From NCBI GenBank assembly GCA_016721565.1, contig JADKHW010000025.1:1416-65415 (forward strand): a stretch of 64,000 nt of DNA, read 5' to 3'. Below, one piece after another: positions 1 to 9,243 of the stretch. Source of the stretch: a bacterium. Its GTDB lineage: Bacteria > Electryoneota > RPQS01. Numbering within the stretch: position 1 is the first letter of the stretch; each line of letters begins with the position of its first letter. The notes under the pieces were generated by a model, which saw only the letters and a list, made by a program, of their open reading frames with translations, was not told where the DNA came from and searched no databases. Position numbers and translations under genes: made by a program.

Positions 1-45
1 TAAAAAAACGCGACCCCAACAATTGTTGAGGCCGCGTCACCAATC
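1..45 (-). terminator. Intrinsic terminator for the 85..1374 gene. A long palindromic hairpin (GCGGCCTCAACAATTGTTGGGGTCGCG on the minus strand) is followed by a T8 run.
   Basis: Read directly: perfect or near-perfect 13-bp stem around the CAACAATTGTTG core, then TTTTTTTT on the minus strand, immediately 3' of a minus-strand CDS. Confidence 0.55.
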
Positions 46-84
46 TAATGCGCTCGCGAGAGCGCAAGGGGTGCTTCACAAGCA

Positions 85-1374
85 CTACTTCATTAGGACC
101 CTCTTCATAACGTCCGACTTGTTACCGTTGGTCAGACGGGTGAAATAGACACCCGAAGCAAAACCGGTGGCATCAAACGACTGTTCATGAACACCCGCCT
201 CAACCATTCCATCGACGAGCGTGGCAATCAAACGGCCTTGCACGTCCAAGACACTCAAAGTAACTTGGCCGGCTTCTGCAAGCTGGAAGCGAATTTGAGT
301 CGTCGGATTGAACGGATTCGGATAGTTACCCAGCAATTCAAACGTTGAAGCTACCGGCGCGGTTGCAGGTGAATATTCAACCGCCACTTGACCGAGCGTG
401 TGACGGTTACCGTCCATATCAACGCTGGTCAGTGCATAGTTGTATTCACCGTCTGTCACATTCTGATCAACAAACGAATAGTGTGACGCGGACGCGGTCG
501 TTCCTTGTCCATCCACAACGCCAATCTGACTCCAATCGGATTCACTGCTGCCGATCACACGGCTAATCTCAAAACGATCGTTGTTCGTTTCGCTTGCGGT
601 TGACCAGTTGAGGGCAACACCATTTGACGTGCTCGATCCGCCGAACGATGCCAGCTCGACACCAAGCTCCGTATCACAGCAGTAAATAGTCAAAGTGTAG
701 GCCGTGCTGGTGTTGCAACGGCTATCCACGATCAACCAATAGTCCGGGCAATTGTCATCTTCATCGTGGCCACCGTCAGTACGGTCGTTGTCACCGTGTC
801 CGCAGCCGTTGTCCCAACCGTCGCGGTGCCAACCGTGATCGTCTTGGTCACCGTCTTCATCGCCGTCACCATGATCATCATGATGGCACGATTCTCCGCA
901 GTCACCGCAAAGTTCAATACCGGTTAAGAAGTGTGCGTCCGCCGCGATGCAGCAGAAATCGCGTTCGTCATTGTCATCACCGTTGCCGTTGCGGTGACCA
1001 TCGCCGTCATGGCCGTAGTCATCATCGTCATCGCCGTCGTCTTCACCGTCGTGGTCGCAACCGTCGTCGTCGCACTCCTGAACAAGGAAGAGACTCAAAT
1101 CATCACAGTAGCCGTTGGGGTTGTCCAACCACTCGAGCACTGCGGAAAATGATCCGCCGACGTGAGGCAGATGGTAAATGTGCGCGCGGCCATTCCATTG
1201 CGTTTGGCCGGTGCAGGAGTAGAATCGCGCCTGGCTTTGGCCGTGGGTGACAGAACCGGTGATAACATCACCGCAAAAGAGGTCGTCGTGGTTTTCTGTG
1301 GCCCATGCCGTATTAGAAGCCAACAAGCCCCCGAGGCCAATCGAACAGCAAAAAAGAAGTGCCTTCAGTCTCAT
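85..1374 (-). CDS. Secreted T9SS cargo protein: signal peptide, Cys-containing N-domain, long Asp/His/Gly-rich acidic low-complexity tract (putative metal-binding), Fn3-like module, T9SS C-terminal sorting domain.
   Basis: N-terminal signal MRLKALLFCCSIGLGGLLASNTAWA. DGDDDDDYGHDGDGH...HHDDHGDGDEDGD tract. C-terminal YPNPFNPTTQIRFQL...VYFTRL...KRVLMK matches the T9SS CTD signature. Confidence 0.6.
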   Translation of the reverse strand: MRLKALLFCCSIGLGGLLASNTAWATENHDDLFCGDVITGSVTHGQSQARFYSCTGQTQWNGRAHIYHLPHVGGSFSAVLEWLDNPNGYCDDLSLFLVQECDDDGCDHDGEDDGDDDDDYGHDGDGHRNGNGDDNDERDFCCIAADAHFLTGIELCGDCGESCHHDDHGDGDEDGDQDDHGWHRDGWDNGCGHGDNDRTDGGHDEDDNCPDYWLIVDSRCNTSTAYTLTIYCCDTELGVELASFGGSSTSNGVALNWSTASETNNDRFEISRVIGSSESDWSQIGVVDGQGTTASASHYSFVDQNVTDGEYNYALTSVDMDGNRHTLGQVAVEYSPATAPVASTFELLGNYPNPFNPTTQIRFQLAEAGQVTLSVLDVQGRLIATLVDGMVEAGVHEQSFDATGFASGVYFTRLTNGNKSDVMKRVLMK

Positions 1375-1688
1375 ATCAATCCTCGCGAACTAAATGTGAT
1401 ATTTTTTGTCATATTCATGTTTGCACAAGATACATTCGCATTGCTTTGTTTGCAAGTCGAAACATGTTGCAAGACAAAAACATATTGATTAACGATATTG
1501 GGTATAGTCAGTAGTCATATAAATTCTTGATTTTCAAACTTTGACAAAATACTCCAGACCCATAGTAGTTTTAACTATTCTGAAAGTGTCTGAAAGCTAC
1601 CGACCCATTTGTGTGACAAAGTCTTCTCGCAAGAGTGGGTCGCAAATAATTGCACTCCTCTTGCTTGCTAATCATGACCCAGTCAAAA

Positions 1689-1732
1689 AGAAAGCGACCC
1701 CAACAAAATGTTGAAGCCGCTTTTGCTCTCTC
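1689..1732 (-). terminator. Intrinsic terminator for the 1748..2011 gene, built on the same GCGACCCCAACAAWWTGTTGARGCCGC core as the terminator at 1..45.
   Basis: AAAGCG ... CGCTTT outer stem enclosing a CCCCAACAAAATGTTGAAG palindrome, followed on the minus strand by CTTTTTG. It lies directly 3' of a minus-strand ORF. Confidence 0.5.
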
Positions 1733-1747
1733 CCTGTCCCGGACCGC

Positions 1748-2011
1748 TTACTCTTCCTGAGTCTTCTCTCCATCCAGCCTGCGAATCATGTTATGCATCG
1801 CGGCCATCAGCATTGAGAAGCTGACATGGTATAGACCAAGCAGAATGCTCAGTGCGACCGTGAAAATTCCGGCCAAGCGAACGAGCGACTCTCCCATCGT
1901 TGCAATCAACAAACCCGCAATCGTTCCAAACACAATCACAACATAGCCGACAGATTGCAAGACCTGCGACATGCGATCGAAACTGCGCCACGAAAATACC
2001 GGCTGCTCCAT
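1748..2011 (-). CDS. Small hypothetical integral membrane protein (two TM helices), last gene of the cytochrome/FeS/NrfD operon.
   Basis: Hydrophobic segments VGYVVIVFGTIAGLLIATM and LAGIFTVALSILLGLY. Co-oriented 53 nt downstream of the NrfD gene. Confidence 0.4.
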   Translation of the reverse strand: MEQPVFSWRSFDRMSQVLQSVGYVVIVFGTIAGLLIATMGESLVRLAGIFTVALSILLGLYHVSFSMLMAAMHNMIRRLDGEKTQEE

Positions 2012-2063
2012 AAGAACCTCCTGAAATGGTTTTCGTACACTCCGCGCGAAGCGAGATTCAAAA

Positions 2064-3266
2064 TCAATGAGCGCGGTCGGACGTGGGGTGTTCCTGCCAC
2101 GGCGGCAGGAATTTGATTAAGAATGCAAGAATCAAAATAGGAAGCATGGCTTGTCCGAGGGCCATCAATCCGCCCTCCCAGCCAACAAGCCCGACTTTAT
2201 AGGTTGTGAAACCGCGCAAACTCTTACTGAAGAGCTGGCCGCCAATCACCACGTTCCAACGCATGAAGAAGATTCCAATCAAGGTCAGCACACCGCACAC
2301 AGCGTAAATGCTGACGCGCACATTGGCGGGAACATGCTTCAGTTGAATCCACCCGATGAGCGCAATCGGAATGAGTGTTCCGAGAATCAATTGGAAGATG
2401 ATGTGCGTTTCAAACAAGTGCCCGTGCACGAGCGCATAGATAATATCAAAAGATTCTTCAGCCGTGTAGGTTCTTTGAATAACGTCCAAGCCTTCGAGCG
2501 CAAAGTCAATAATGAAGACATACATCAAATAGCGCGCTAAAGTATCAAGACACTCCATGTTCTGCTTGACGCGGCGAATCTTGTTGGACAACAGATATAT
2601 CAGCATCACGAGCGCGATACCCGAGACGATTGCCGAAAACAAAAAGATGACAGGCATCAGCACACTCGACCACCACGGATTGGCTTTGATGGAACCAAAA
2701 ATAAATCCGACATAGCCGTGCAGCAAGAAAGCCGAAGGAATACCGATAATCGTAATCGTTTTGACGGCGGCTTCATCGAAGCGGATAGCTTTTTCGGATA
2801 TGTCAGTAACTCCTAACGTCAAGACGCTGTAGAAATATTTCTTGAACCCTTTCGATTCACGTGACCAGACGACGAAATCGCGGCGATAGTCAAACCAGAT
2901 TTCCAAGAGCAGCACGACCATCAAGTACCACATATAAACAAAGCCGAACATCGCCATCGCGGACGTCAAATGCGGTGTGACGAGGATCTCCCAAAATCTC
3001 AGTGGCTTAGCCAAATGTGAAAGCAACGGCAACGGCGCAATCAACATGAACGCCAACGCGGTCAACAATGCAAGGCGATAGGTGGGACGGACTTCACGGA
3101 CATTGAAGACGCGTTCGAGCGAGGCCAAAATAAACGCACCCGCAACCAATCCTGTAAGATAAGGGTACAGAACAATCAGAATGCTCCAATGCGCCTCGAT
3201 GTCGTTGGGATAGATGTAGCCGACAACGTGTTTCAGCGCTTCATAGAGATGGCTTTGATCTGGCAT
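2064..3266 (-). CDS. NrfD/PsrC-family polytopic membrane subunit (quinone-interacting anchor of complex iron-sulfur molybdoenzyme-type modules).
   Basis: 400 aa, about 8-10 predicted TM helices. N-terminal region HWSILIVLYPYLTGLVAGAFILASL is typical of the NrfD/PsrC/ActC family. Start codon abuts the stop of the upstream FeS gene (3266). Confidence 0.8.
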   Translation of the reverse strand: MPDQSHLYEALKHVVGYIYPNDIEAHWSILIVLYPYLTGLVAGAFILASLERVFNVREVRPTYRLALLTALAFMLIAPLPLLSHLAKPLRFWEILVTPHLTSAMAMFGFVYMWYLMVVLLLEIWFDYRRDFVVWSRESKGFKKYFYSVLTLGVTDISEKAIRFDEAAVKTITIIGIPSAFLLHGYVGFIFGSIKANPWWSSVLMPVIFLFSAIVSGIALVMLIYLLSNKIRRVKQNMECLDTLARYLMYVFIIDFALEGLDVIQRTYTAEESFDIIYALVHGHLFETHIIFQLILGTLIPIALIGWIQLKHVPANVRVSIYAVCGVLTLIGIFFMRWNVVIGGQLFSKSLRGFTTYKVGLVGWEGGLMALGQAMLPILILAFLIKFLPPWQEHPTSDRAH

Positions 3267-4114
3267 CAGCGCACCTCCTTATCAATACCGGAATAGAAGA
3301 CTTTAGGATAGGTGTTCAAATGGGGTTTAAGAACTTGGATTTTGTGTTCGCGTAAGAATTGATTCAGCGGGCCGTCGTGATCTTTTAAGTCTCCGAACAA
3401 TCTGGCTTGGGTCGGGCAATTCTCGACACAGGCAGGCTGTTGTCCGTTGTGAATTCTGTGATAGCATAAAGTACATTTATCCGCGACGCCTGTGATCGGA
3501 TTCAGGAAGCGTGTGCCATAAGGACAGGCCTGAATACAATAGCGGCAGCCGATGCAATATTCGGGATCAACCAAGACCGCGCCATCAGGAGTTTCAAAGG
3601 TTGCTCCAACCGGACAGACTTGCACGCACGGTGAGTGATCGCACGCGTTGCAGAGTTTGGGAACGAAGAACGATTTATCGGGTTTTTCGGCGCGGGTTTC
3701 TTCGAGTGGAAATCCGTCATAGCCTCCGTTGGGAGAATCTACAACGGTCTCGTCACCGTATTCCTGATAGCGCTCGATCCAGGTGCGGAAATAGAACGGC
3801 TCTTTAGGAACTCCATTTTCTTCTTTGCAGGCAACGACGCAATTTCCGCATCCGATACATTTTTCAACATCAATGGCCATGCCCCATTTGTGTTTGCTCC
3901 AATCGTAATCGGCGGCAACTTTTTGCGGAGTGGTGACCTGTTCGGCGAGGGCGAGTTTTTCTGAAAGCGGAGCAAGAGCAATCGCGACACAGGCCGTGCC
4001 GAGAGTTTTGAGAAAGTCACGCCGCGATCCACTGGCGATTTCGGCGGGAGATACTCCAAGTTCGGGAATGACCGAATTGGCCTGACTGAACATACATTGT
4101 TTCTTTTCCATCAT
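3266..4114 (-). CDS. Tat-exported 4x[4Fe-4S] ferredoxin subunit (NrfC/PsrB/DmsB-like). The start is called at the internal MMEKK rather than the long N-extension of the raw ORF.
   Basis: Twin-arginine motif SRRDFLKTLG followed by a hydrophobic stretch. Four Cys clusters: CIGCGNCVVAC, CNACDHSPCVQVCP, CIGCRYCIQACP, CTLCYHR...CVENCP. Confidence 0.85.
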   Translation of the reverse strand: MMEKKQCMFSQANSVIPELGVSPAEIASGSRRDFLKTLGTACVAIALAPLSEKLALAEQVTTPQKVAADYDWSKHKWGMAIDVEKCIGCGNCVVACKEENGVPKEPFYFRTWIERYQEYGDETVVDSPNGGYDGFPLEETRAEKPDKSFFVPKLCNACDHSPCVQVCPVGATFETPDGAVLVDPEYCIGCRYCIQACPYGTRFLNPITGVADKCTLCYHRIHNGQQPACVENCPTQARLFGDLKDHDGPLNQFLREHKIQVLKPHLNTYPKVFYSGIDKEVR

Positions 4115-4118
4115 CGCC

Positions 4119-4565
4119 TCATTTGGTTTCTGACGGATTATGCACGACGTGACAGGAGTTGCAAGGCTCTCCTTCTGCGTGTTCCGCAATGTTGATTTGA
4201 GGGAATTTCGCCGGACGCGCCGCGCGCGCTTCGTGACAGCGGCTGCACGTTGCCGTCACTTCGGGCTTCTTGATATTCGACGTCTGCGGATCTTCCGCAT
4301 GCACAGCACCGGCTCCGTGGCAGATTTGACACGAAACTTTTTTGTGCGGTCCGGCGGCATTCAGAGTGGCCTCTTCTTCGTGGCACTCTGCGCAGGTCGA
4401 TTTCGGAATGTAGTGCGGGGATCTTGTGATGGCATTGGACAACGCGATGCCACGATAATGGCCGTATTGTCCGAATGTATCCGGGCGTGCCCACCATCGT
4501 GTTGCGACAAAGGCAACGCCGATGAAGGCAAAGATGAGAATCAGGCGCGAGACTTGTGGGGGCAT
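4119..4565 (-). CDS. Membrane-anchored tetraheme cytochrome c (NrfH/NrfB-like electron-transfer subunit).
   Basis: N-terminal TM helix LILIFAFIGVAFVATRWW. Four CXXCH motifs: CAECH, CQICH, CSRCH, CNSCH. First gene of the operon with the FeS and NrfD genes. Confidence 0.8.
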   Translation of the reverse strand: MPPQVSRLILIFAFIGVAFVATRWWARPDTFGQYGHYRGIALSNAITRSPHYIPKSTCAECHEEEATLNAAGPHKKVSCQICHGAGAVHAEDPQTSNIKKPEVTATCSRCHEARAARPAKFPQINIAEHAEGEPCNSCHVVHNPSETK

Positions 4566-4907
4566 CGAATCTCCAAACGGTTTGGGGACGTAACGTGCTC
4601 GAGTCTATTTTGAAAGAGGCCGATTCCGCAGGATGCAGGTGTCAAGCAGGGAGATGCAACGAATGGCTCATTGTCGAATGCAATGAAAACGCTTCGATGC
4701 AAATGGTTCATGATAAAGTGACATAATTCACATGAAAGTCAAGTGAGTTTGTTACAGACGGAAATTTAGGTCGAAAATGTTAGAACGTGTATTCTCAGCA
4801 CGTAAGAATAAGAGAAATTTTACCATATTTTTGATTGCACTCATTTCCGAGGAGGTTAAGTGCAGTTGTCACCGATACAATCAAATTGAATTACGGTTTA
4901 AATGGAA

Positions 4908-4935
4908 CGAAAAGCCCGACGATTTCGTCGGGCTG
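4908..4935 (-). terminator. Intrinsic terminator for the BNR-repeat gene.
   Basis: AGCCCGACGA-TTTC-GTCGGGCT hairpin, followed on the minus strand by TTTTCGTT. Confidence 0.5.
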
Positions 4936-4959
4936 TGTGTATGTAAAATTGGCGTATTT

Positions 4960-7152
4960 CTATTTCAGAAGCACGACCTTTTTGACTACAGAGTTGTCTG
5001 CGGTGGTGGCTTTAATGAAATAGGATCCGGTTGCTATTGACGGAGGAGCGGAGTAGATCAGGGTGGTTGATTGGAGTTTACCGGAAAAAATTGCATCCGC
5101 TCTGCGCCCGAGGATATCGAAAAGCGATACGTCAATCGAAGAATACAAAGGCAGATCCAAAGCAATTGACAGCGACGCATTGAACGGATTTGGGTAAACG
5201 GACAGAATGAAATTGTCCGGAGTCGGAATCAATCGCGAGAAGAGTTCAGGCGCTACCTCCCGCTTCACAATCGCGCCACCTGTTTCTCCGAACAGCTGAT
5301 CGCCGATCAAAGTAAAGCCTGATACTCCATATTGAAAATAAGTCGAATCGATACTCCATGTTCTCCATCCGTCATCGGTCACATTGACTCGATAGTGTTG
5401 ATCTAAGGCGATACCGATCTCATCCGAGAGCATCTTGAAACTGCGTATTCCCCAGTTGTCAATCACTATTTCTTCCCAAGTTACACCGCGATCAGTTGAA
5501 TGAAGTAAGTGATTGAGCGAGAATATTGAGTAAGCATTAGCCCAGAGGTCATCCACGCTTGTCATTTGCACATCGACAAAATAGAGCGAGTCGTTTTCAC
5601 ACAGCATTTGCCACGGGGTCTCTCCATTGCGAATGAGGATGACACCTCTTGATTCGTTCTCGTTAACATGCTCACCACCGTAGGCCAACATGACTCCCGG
5701 CAACGGCTCCGTAATTTCACGGGTAGGAATATCCGTTGGCAAACCCATGTCACTCCAAGTTTGGCATCCGTCGTAGGTCACAATCAAACGATCTCGCCCG
5801 AGCACAAACACATTGTTTGCAGACGACGCGTGGACAGAGTAGGCAAAAGAGTCGGGGACTGTTGCTATGCGATTCCAGTTTTCTCCGCCGTCGTATGTTG
5901 CCCAGAGTCCTTCGTAATAGCCCGTGAAAAATCCCACGCTCTGGTTTGCCATCGAGAGATCACGCGGCCAACGAACTTCCGGATGCTGCCAGCGATTCCA
6001 AGTCAATCCGCCGTCAAATGACCTGAAGATTCCGCCAAGGAAATGGCCCGACCCTCCAGCAGGATATCCCACCGCCCAAATTCGATCGGTGCCGACGTGC
6101 TGGATATTGCCTAATCCCTCATCCATATACTCACGTAATTGGGTCCAGGTTTCACCACCATCGGTAGTTTTATACAGTGAGCCAAACGCTGATGAAGTGA
6201 AACCAAGCTGTGACGTCGGAAATGACAGGCTAAGCACATTCTGCGTATCGTTTACCGAAATGACACGCCAAGTCTGCCCGCCGTCGGTGGTTCTAACCAG
6301 TTTTCCACCCGGGCCACTCGCCCAACCAAGAGAATCACTTAGAAATTCCATATCCCATAGAGCTGGAACGGTATCTAAGTTAGTTGGTTGCCACGTAATC
6401 CCTCGGTTTTCTGACTTATAGAGAATGCCGTAGATCGTGTGCATTTGCATTCCTGCCATCCAAATCAAACTATCTGAGAATACTTTGAGCGCATTTGGTC
6501 CGGCATCTTGCGGAACATTGACTCTTTCCCAAGTTGCACCCGAGTCCTCCGAATACATGATAAACCTCGGCGCATAGACCGTATCAACATGCGCTGCCGC
6601 CCACAATGTTCCACTCGGCGAAATCTCTATGTCATAGATTCGCAACCCTTCGGGCTGCGGTAGTTCCTGCCAAGTGGCTCCGCCATCCACTGTCCGCCGA
6701 ATTGAGAATCCTACCGCCCATCCGATATTCTCATTCGCAAACTCGATGTCGTAATAATTCCCGACATGATATCCGGTATAGACCGGAATCCAATTCACAC
6801 CACCGTCGACAGTGCGCCAGATATTATCTGCCCCTCCCGCACACCAGCCGTGGAGATTGTCAATGAACTCTAAAGTGTAAAAGGCCGCGAGTGACCCCGA
6901 AAACTGTCGTTCCCACGTAGCTCCACCATCCGTGGTATGCAGAATCGTACCCGAGTGCCCGACGATCCATCCTTCATGTTCGTTGATAAATTCCATATCC
7001 ATGAGAGCGTAGCTTGACGGCCAGGGATAGACCCACTCCCAGCGGCCTTCGCCCAAAACACTCGCATGAGCAATTTGGCAAAGCGCCAAAAACAAAAACG
7101 CGATCCTTCCCCACTTCCGTAGCGGGTAGATCGCATGTGTATAATTGACCAT
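4960..7152 (-). CDS. Secreted BNR/Ycf48-like (sortilin/GH74-type) multi-blade beta-propeller protein with T9SS C-terminal domain.
   Basis: At least 12 repeats of the TDGGxTW / VDGGATW type. N-terminal signal peptide. C-terminal SVYPNPFNASLSI ... KKVVLLK CTD. Confidence 0.7.
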   Translation of the reverse strand: MVNYTHAIYPLRKWGRIAFLFLALCQIAHASVLGEGRWEWVYPWPSSYALMDMEFINEHEGWIVGHSGTILHTTDGGATWERQFSGSLAAFYTLEFIDNLHGWCAGGADNIWRTVDGGVNWIPVYTGYHVGNYYDIEFANENIGWAVGFSIRRTVDGGATWQELPQPEGLRIYDIEISPSGTLWAAAHVDTVYAPRFIMYSEDSGATWERVNVPQDAGPNALKVFSDSLIWMAGMQMHTIYGILYKSENRGITWQPTNLDTVPALWDMEFLSDSLGWASGPGGKLVRTTDGGQTWRVISVNDTQNVLSLSFPTSQLGFTSSAFGSLYKTTDGGETWTQLREYMDEGLGNIQHVGTDRIWAVGYPAGGSGHFLGGIFRSFDGGLTWNRWQHPEVRWPRDLSMANQSVGFFTGYYEGLWATYDGGENWNRIATVPDSFAYSVHASSANNVFVLGRDRLIVTYDGCQTWSDMGLPTDIPTREITEPLPGVMLAYGGEHVNENESRGVILIRNGETPWQMLCENDSLYFVDVQMTSVDDLWANAYSIFSLNHLLHSTDRGVTWEEIVIDNWGIRSFKMLSDEIGIALDQHYRVNVTDDGWRTWSIDSTYFQYGVSGFTLIGDQLFGETGGAIVKREVAPELFSRLIPTPDNFILSVYPNPFNASLSIALDLPLYSSIDVSLFDILGRRADAIFSGKLQSTTLIYSAPPSIATGSYFIKATTADNSVVKKVVLLK

Positions 7153-7301
7153 GGCACTCCCTCCAGAGTATGCTTATGGTTATCAATTACAAGATCGTCA
7201 CAAATCGTTAATTAGTCAACCTGTCCAGGCTAAAAGATTGTTTTATGTGACACTATCTCGTTCCGCTCTCCTTGTTAGCGCAAGACCCGCATTACATGCG
7301 G

Positions 7302-7991
7302 TTAGCCGCCTAAGGTTACGTCTTGGCTCTCGTACCATCTTAGGGCTTGGAAGAAGTGCTCGGGGGCGAAGTCGGGCCAGAGTTCATCCAAGATGAAGAA
7401 GTCGGCATAGACGGCTTGCACGGGAAGCAGGCCGCTGAGTCTTCTTCTTCCACCCCATCTTACGACCAAGTCAATTCTTGAGACCTCGGCTGAGCCGATG
7501 GACTCCATGAAGGATTTGCGCGAGCCACCGCCGTTGCTGTTTGCGGCTTTGTTGAGATCCCAGTGCCAGTCGTAGTTGACTAAGAAATTTATTTTGATAA
7601 CTCCGGTGCCGAAAACTTTGCGCGTGCGGTATTGCTTCAACTCAGTTGGGAATAACGGAGAGTCATCGTTACCGACGACTAAAAGAGCAGCATCGAGTTT
7701 GGAAAGACCTTCGACGGCTTCGACACAGGCTTGCCGAAAGGCGGCGGTTTGCTCGGGCGGACGCTTGGTGTTGTCACTGGTGAAACCATAGACACTGAGT
7801 TCTTCGACTCCCAAAGCGACGGCGAGGTGGTACAGCTCAAAGCCGGGACCGAGACCGTAGGCATAGCCTTCGTCTTTGCTCATGCCGCGCTCAACAGCCC
7901 AGCGGCGGTTGCCGTCGGGGATAAACGCAACGTGCTTGGGCAACCGTTTGAATTTCGGAAGTTGAACGTCAACAATCTTATCTATGTACAT
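7302..7991 (-). CDS. uppS: Undecaprenyl-diphosphate synthase family cis-prenyltransferase.
   Basis: HVAFIPDGNRRWA motif and DxxxxRxxELSVYGFTSDN region characteristic of the UPP synthase family. 229 aa. Confidence 0.75.
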   Translation of the reverse strand: MYIDKIVDVQLPKFKRLPKHVAFIPDGNRRWAVERGMSKDEGYAYGLGPGFELYHLAVALGVEELSVYGFTSDNTKRPPEQTAAFRQACVEAVEGLSKLDAALLVVGNDDSPLFPTELKQYRTRKVFGTGVIKINFLVNYDWHWDLNKAANSNGGGSRKSFMESIGSAEVSRIDLVVRWGGRRRLSGLLPVQAVYADFFILDELWPDFAPEHFFQALRWYESQDVTLGG

Positions 7992-8061
7992 GAAAATCTT
8001 GTAAGAATTTGTTTTTTAAGGGGCATGGGTGGTAAGCCATATTACATTATAGACAAAATAA

Positions 8062-8097
8062 GAAAGCCCAGCAACTCGCCAGGCTTTACCGTTCACA
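8062..8097 (-). terminator. Putative intrinsic terminator after the PepSY gene.
   Basis: AAAGCC-loop-GGCTTT stem followed on the minus strand by CTTATTTT. Weaker than the other terminators. Confidence 0.35.
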
Positions 8098-8110
8098 AAC
8101 TATCTAAATT

Positions 8111-8542
8111 TTAGCAACTGTCGTACTGTCGCACCCAGCCGTTTTTGCGGTTGATTTCGAGCATTTTGCCTTTGAAAATCGAATTGATGACTTCGAATTT
8201 GTACGAATCTTTGTCCCCTTCTGCCAACTTCAAACTGGCTTCATAGTGGTACTTCTCAAGATACTGTTTGGCGATGTTCATGGCTTGATGTTCTGTCATT
8301 TCCTTCAAGAGATGGCCCTTCTGATCATATCGCACGCCTTGCCATTGCAATTTTTCCCAACTTATGGTCACATTGGGGACAAAACTCTCTTTGGTGCAGC
8401 AGCCCGGCGGGCACATGAACGGATCACAGTCTTGCACGGACATGTCGCGAGATCCGACCGGGTTCCAATCGCCTGCAAGTACAATCGCGCTGACCAAGAG
8501 CATCGTCAGTAACACAGGAAGTTTCAGGTTCATAGCTTTCAT
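8111..8542 (-). CDS. Secreted PepSY-domain protein (start moved to the internal MKAMNLK).
   Basis: Signal peptide MKAMNLKLPVLLTMLLVSAIVLAG. PepSY-like MTEHQAMNIAKQYL ... YKFEV ... GKMLEINRKNGWV. Distal gene of the sigma / anti-sigma operon. Confidence 0.5.
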   Translation of the reverse strand: MKAMNLKLPVLLTMLLVSAIVLAGDWNPVGSRDMSVQDCDPFMCPPGCCTKESFVPNVTISWEKLQWQGVRYDQKGHLLKEMTEHQAMNIAKQYLEKYHYEASLKLAEGDKDSYKFEVINSIFKGKMLEINRKNGWVRQYDSC

Positions 8543-8571
8543 GTTTTCTCCGAAGTTTGCTATCGGTTGAT

Positions 8572-9243
8572 TCAATGGACAGGCACGCAATTCTGGCAGG
8601 ATAGACACTCCGCGATGGCCGCGCGAACCAAAGCCGTGTCTTCGGGCATTAAACAGCACTGACTGAGCGTCGTGCCTTGCAGACTGCACAGTGAGGAAAT
8701 TTCAGCAAATATTAACTCTCGCTTGGAATCCGGAATATCGCCAGCCAACGATATAGCACGACGATTCGCTTCGAGCATCGAACTTAGGACCTCTGGCTGT
8801 ATAACGCCTAAATTCATGGATGCCATAAACTCTTTCAGCCTTCGCTCTGAAATAATGAGATACCGCTCGGCTTTGCCGCTTGGCGAGACGGTCAATATCA
8901 TTTGCGCATCCTCATACAGCCGCTTAACTGGATACAAAACTTCCCCCGGCATACTATCGCGCGACGCCGAGACTGCTCCTCCGCCTGCAATCGTGAACAT
9001 GAGAAATATCGCTGCCGCCCAAGCGAGAATTTGTTTGTTCTTGTACCAGCGAACCACATTCGGCGAATGTTCCAGAAGCTGCTTTGTGCAATTCTCTTTC
9101 GCATGCGCGTTCGCTTCGGGACGTGGTAAGTTTTTTAAGCCTTGTGCAATCCCGGCAAGCTCTCCGAGTTCGTGTTCGGAGTTTTGGGTTCCGTTTATCC
9201 GCCGTTCCAGTTCATCGGCGAGGTGCTGTTCAGGATTTTGCAT
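8572..9243 (-). CDS. Putative single-pass anti-sigma factor with a Cys-rich C-terminal extracytoplasmic tail.
   Basis: Overlaps the 3' end of the ECF sigma gene by 14 nt. One TM helix ILAWAAAIFLMFTIAGGGAV. C-terminus CCLMPEDTALVRAAIAECLSCQNCVPVH. Confidence 0.5.
   Translation of the reverse strand: MQNPEQHLADELERRINGTQNSEHELGELAGIAQGLKNLPRPEANAHAKENCTKQLLEHSPNVVRWYKNKQILAWAAAIFLMFTIAGGGAVSASRDSMPGEVLYPVKRLYEDAQMILTVSPSGKAERYLIISERRLKEFMASMNLGVIQPEVLSSMLEANRRAISLAGDIPDSKRELIFAEISSLCSLQGTTLSQCCLMPEDTALVRAAIAECLSCQNCVPVH

Noticed and set aside
345-1488. Several 60-110 aa ORFs on both strands inside the 85..1374 gene (345..566, 732..917, 931..1152, 933..1250, 1095..1340, 1162..1488).
   Set aside because: They overlap a long ORF with a signal peptide and T9SS CTD. 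They are composition-driven (His/Asp or Arg-rich translations of the acidic tract) and have no start context.
3266-4189. Long N-terminal extension (25 aa) of the FeS-subunit ORF overlapping the cytochrome gene.
   Set aside because: The Tat motif and mature protein begin after the internal MMEKK. The extension overlaps the upstream CDS by 71 nt and has no function-like sequence. Start placed at 4114.
7145-7396. 83-aa ORF in the BNR/uppS intergenic region.
   Set aside because: Arg-rich low-complexity translation that overlaps the 3' end of uppS on the opposite strand. Not credible.
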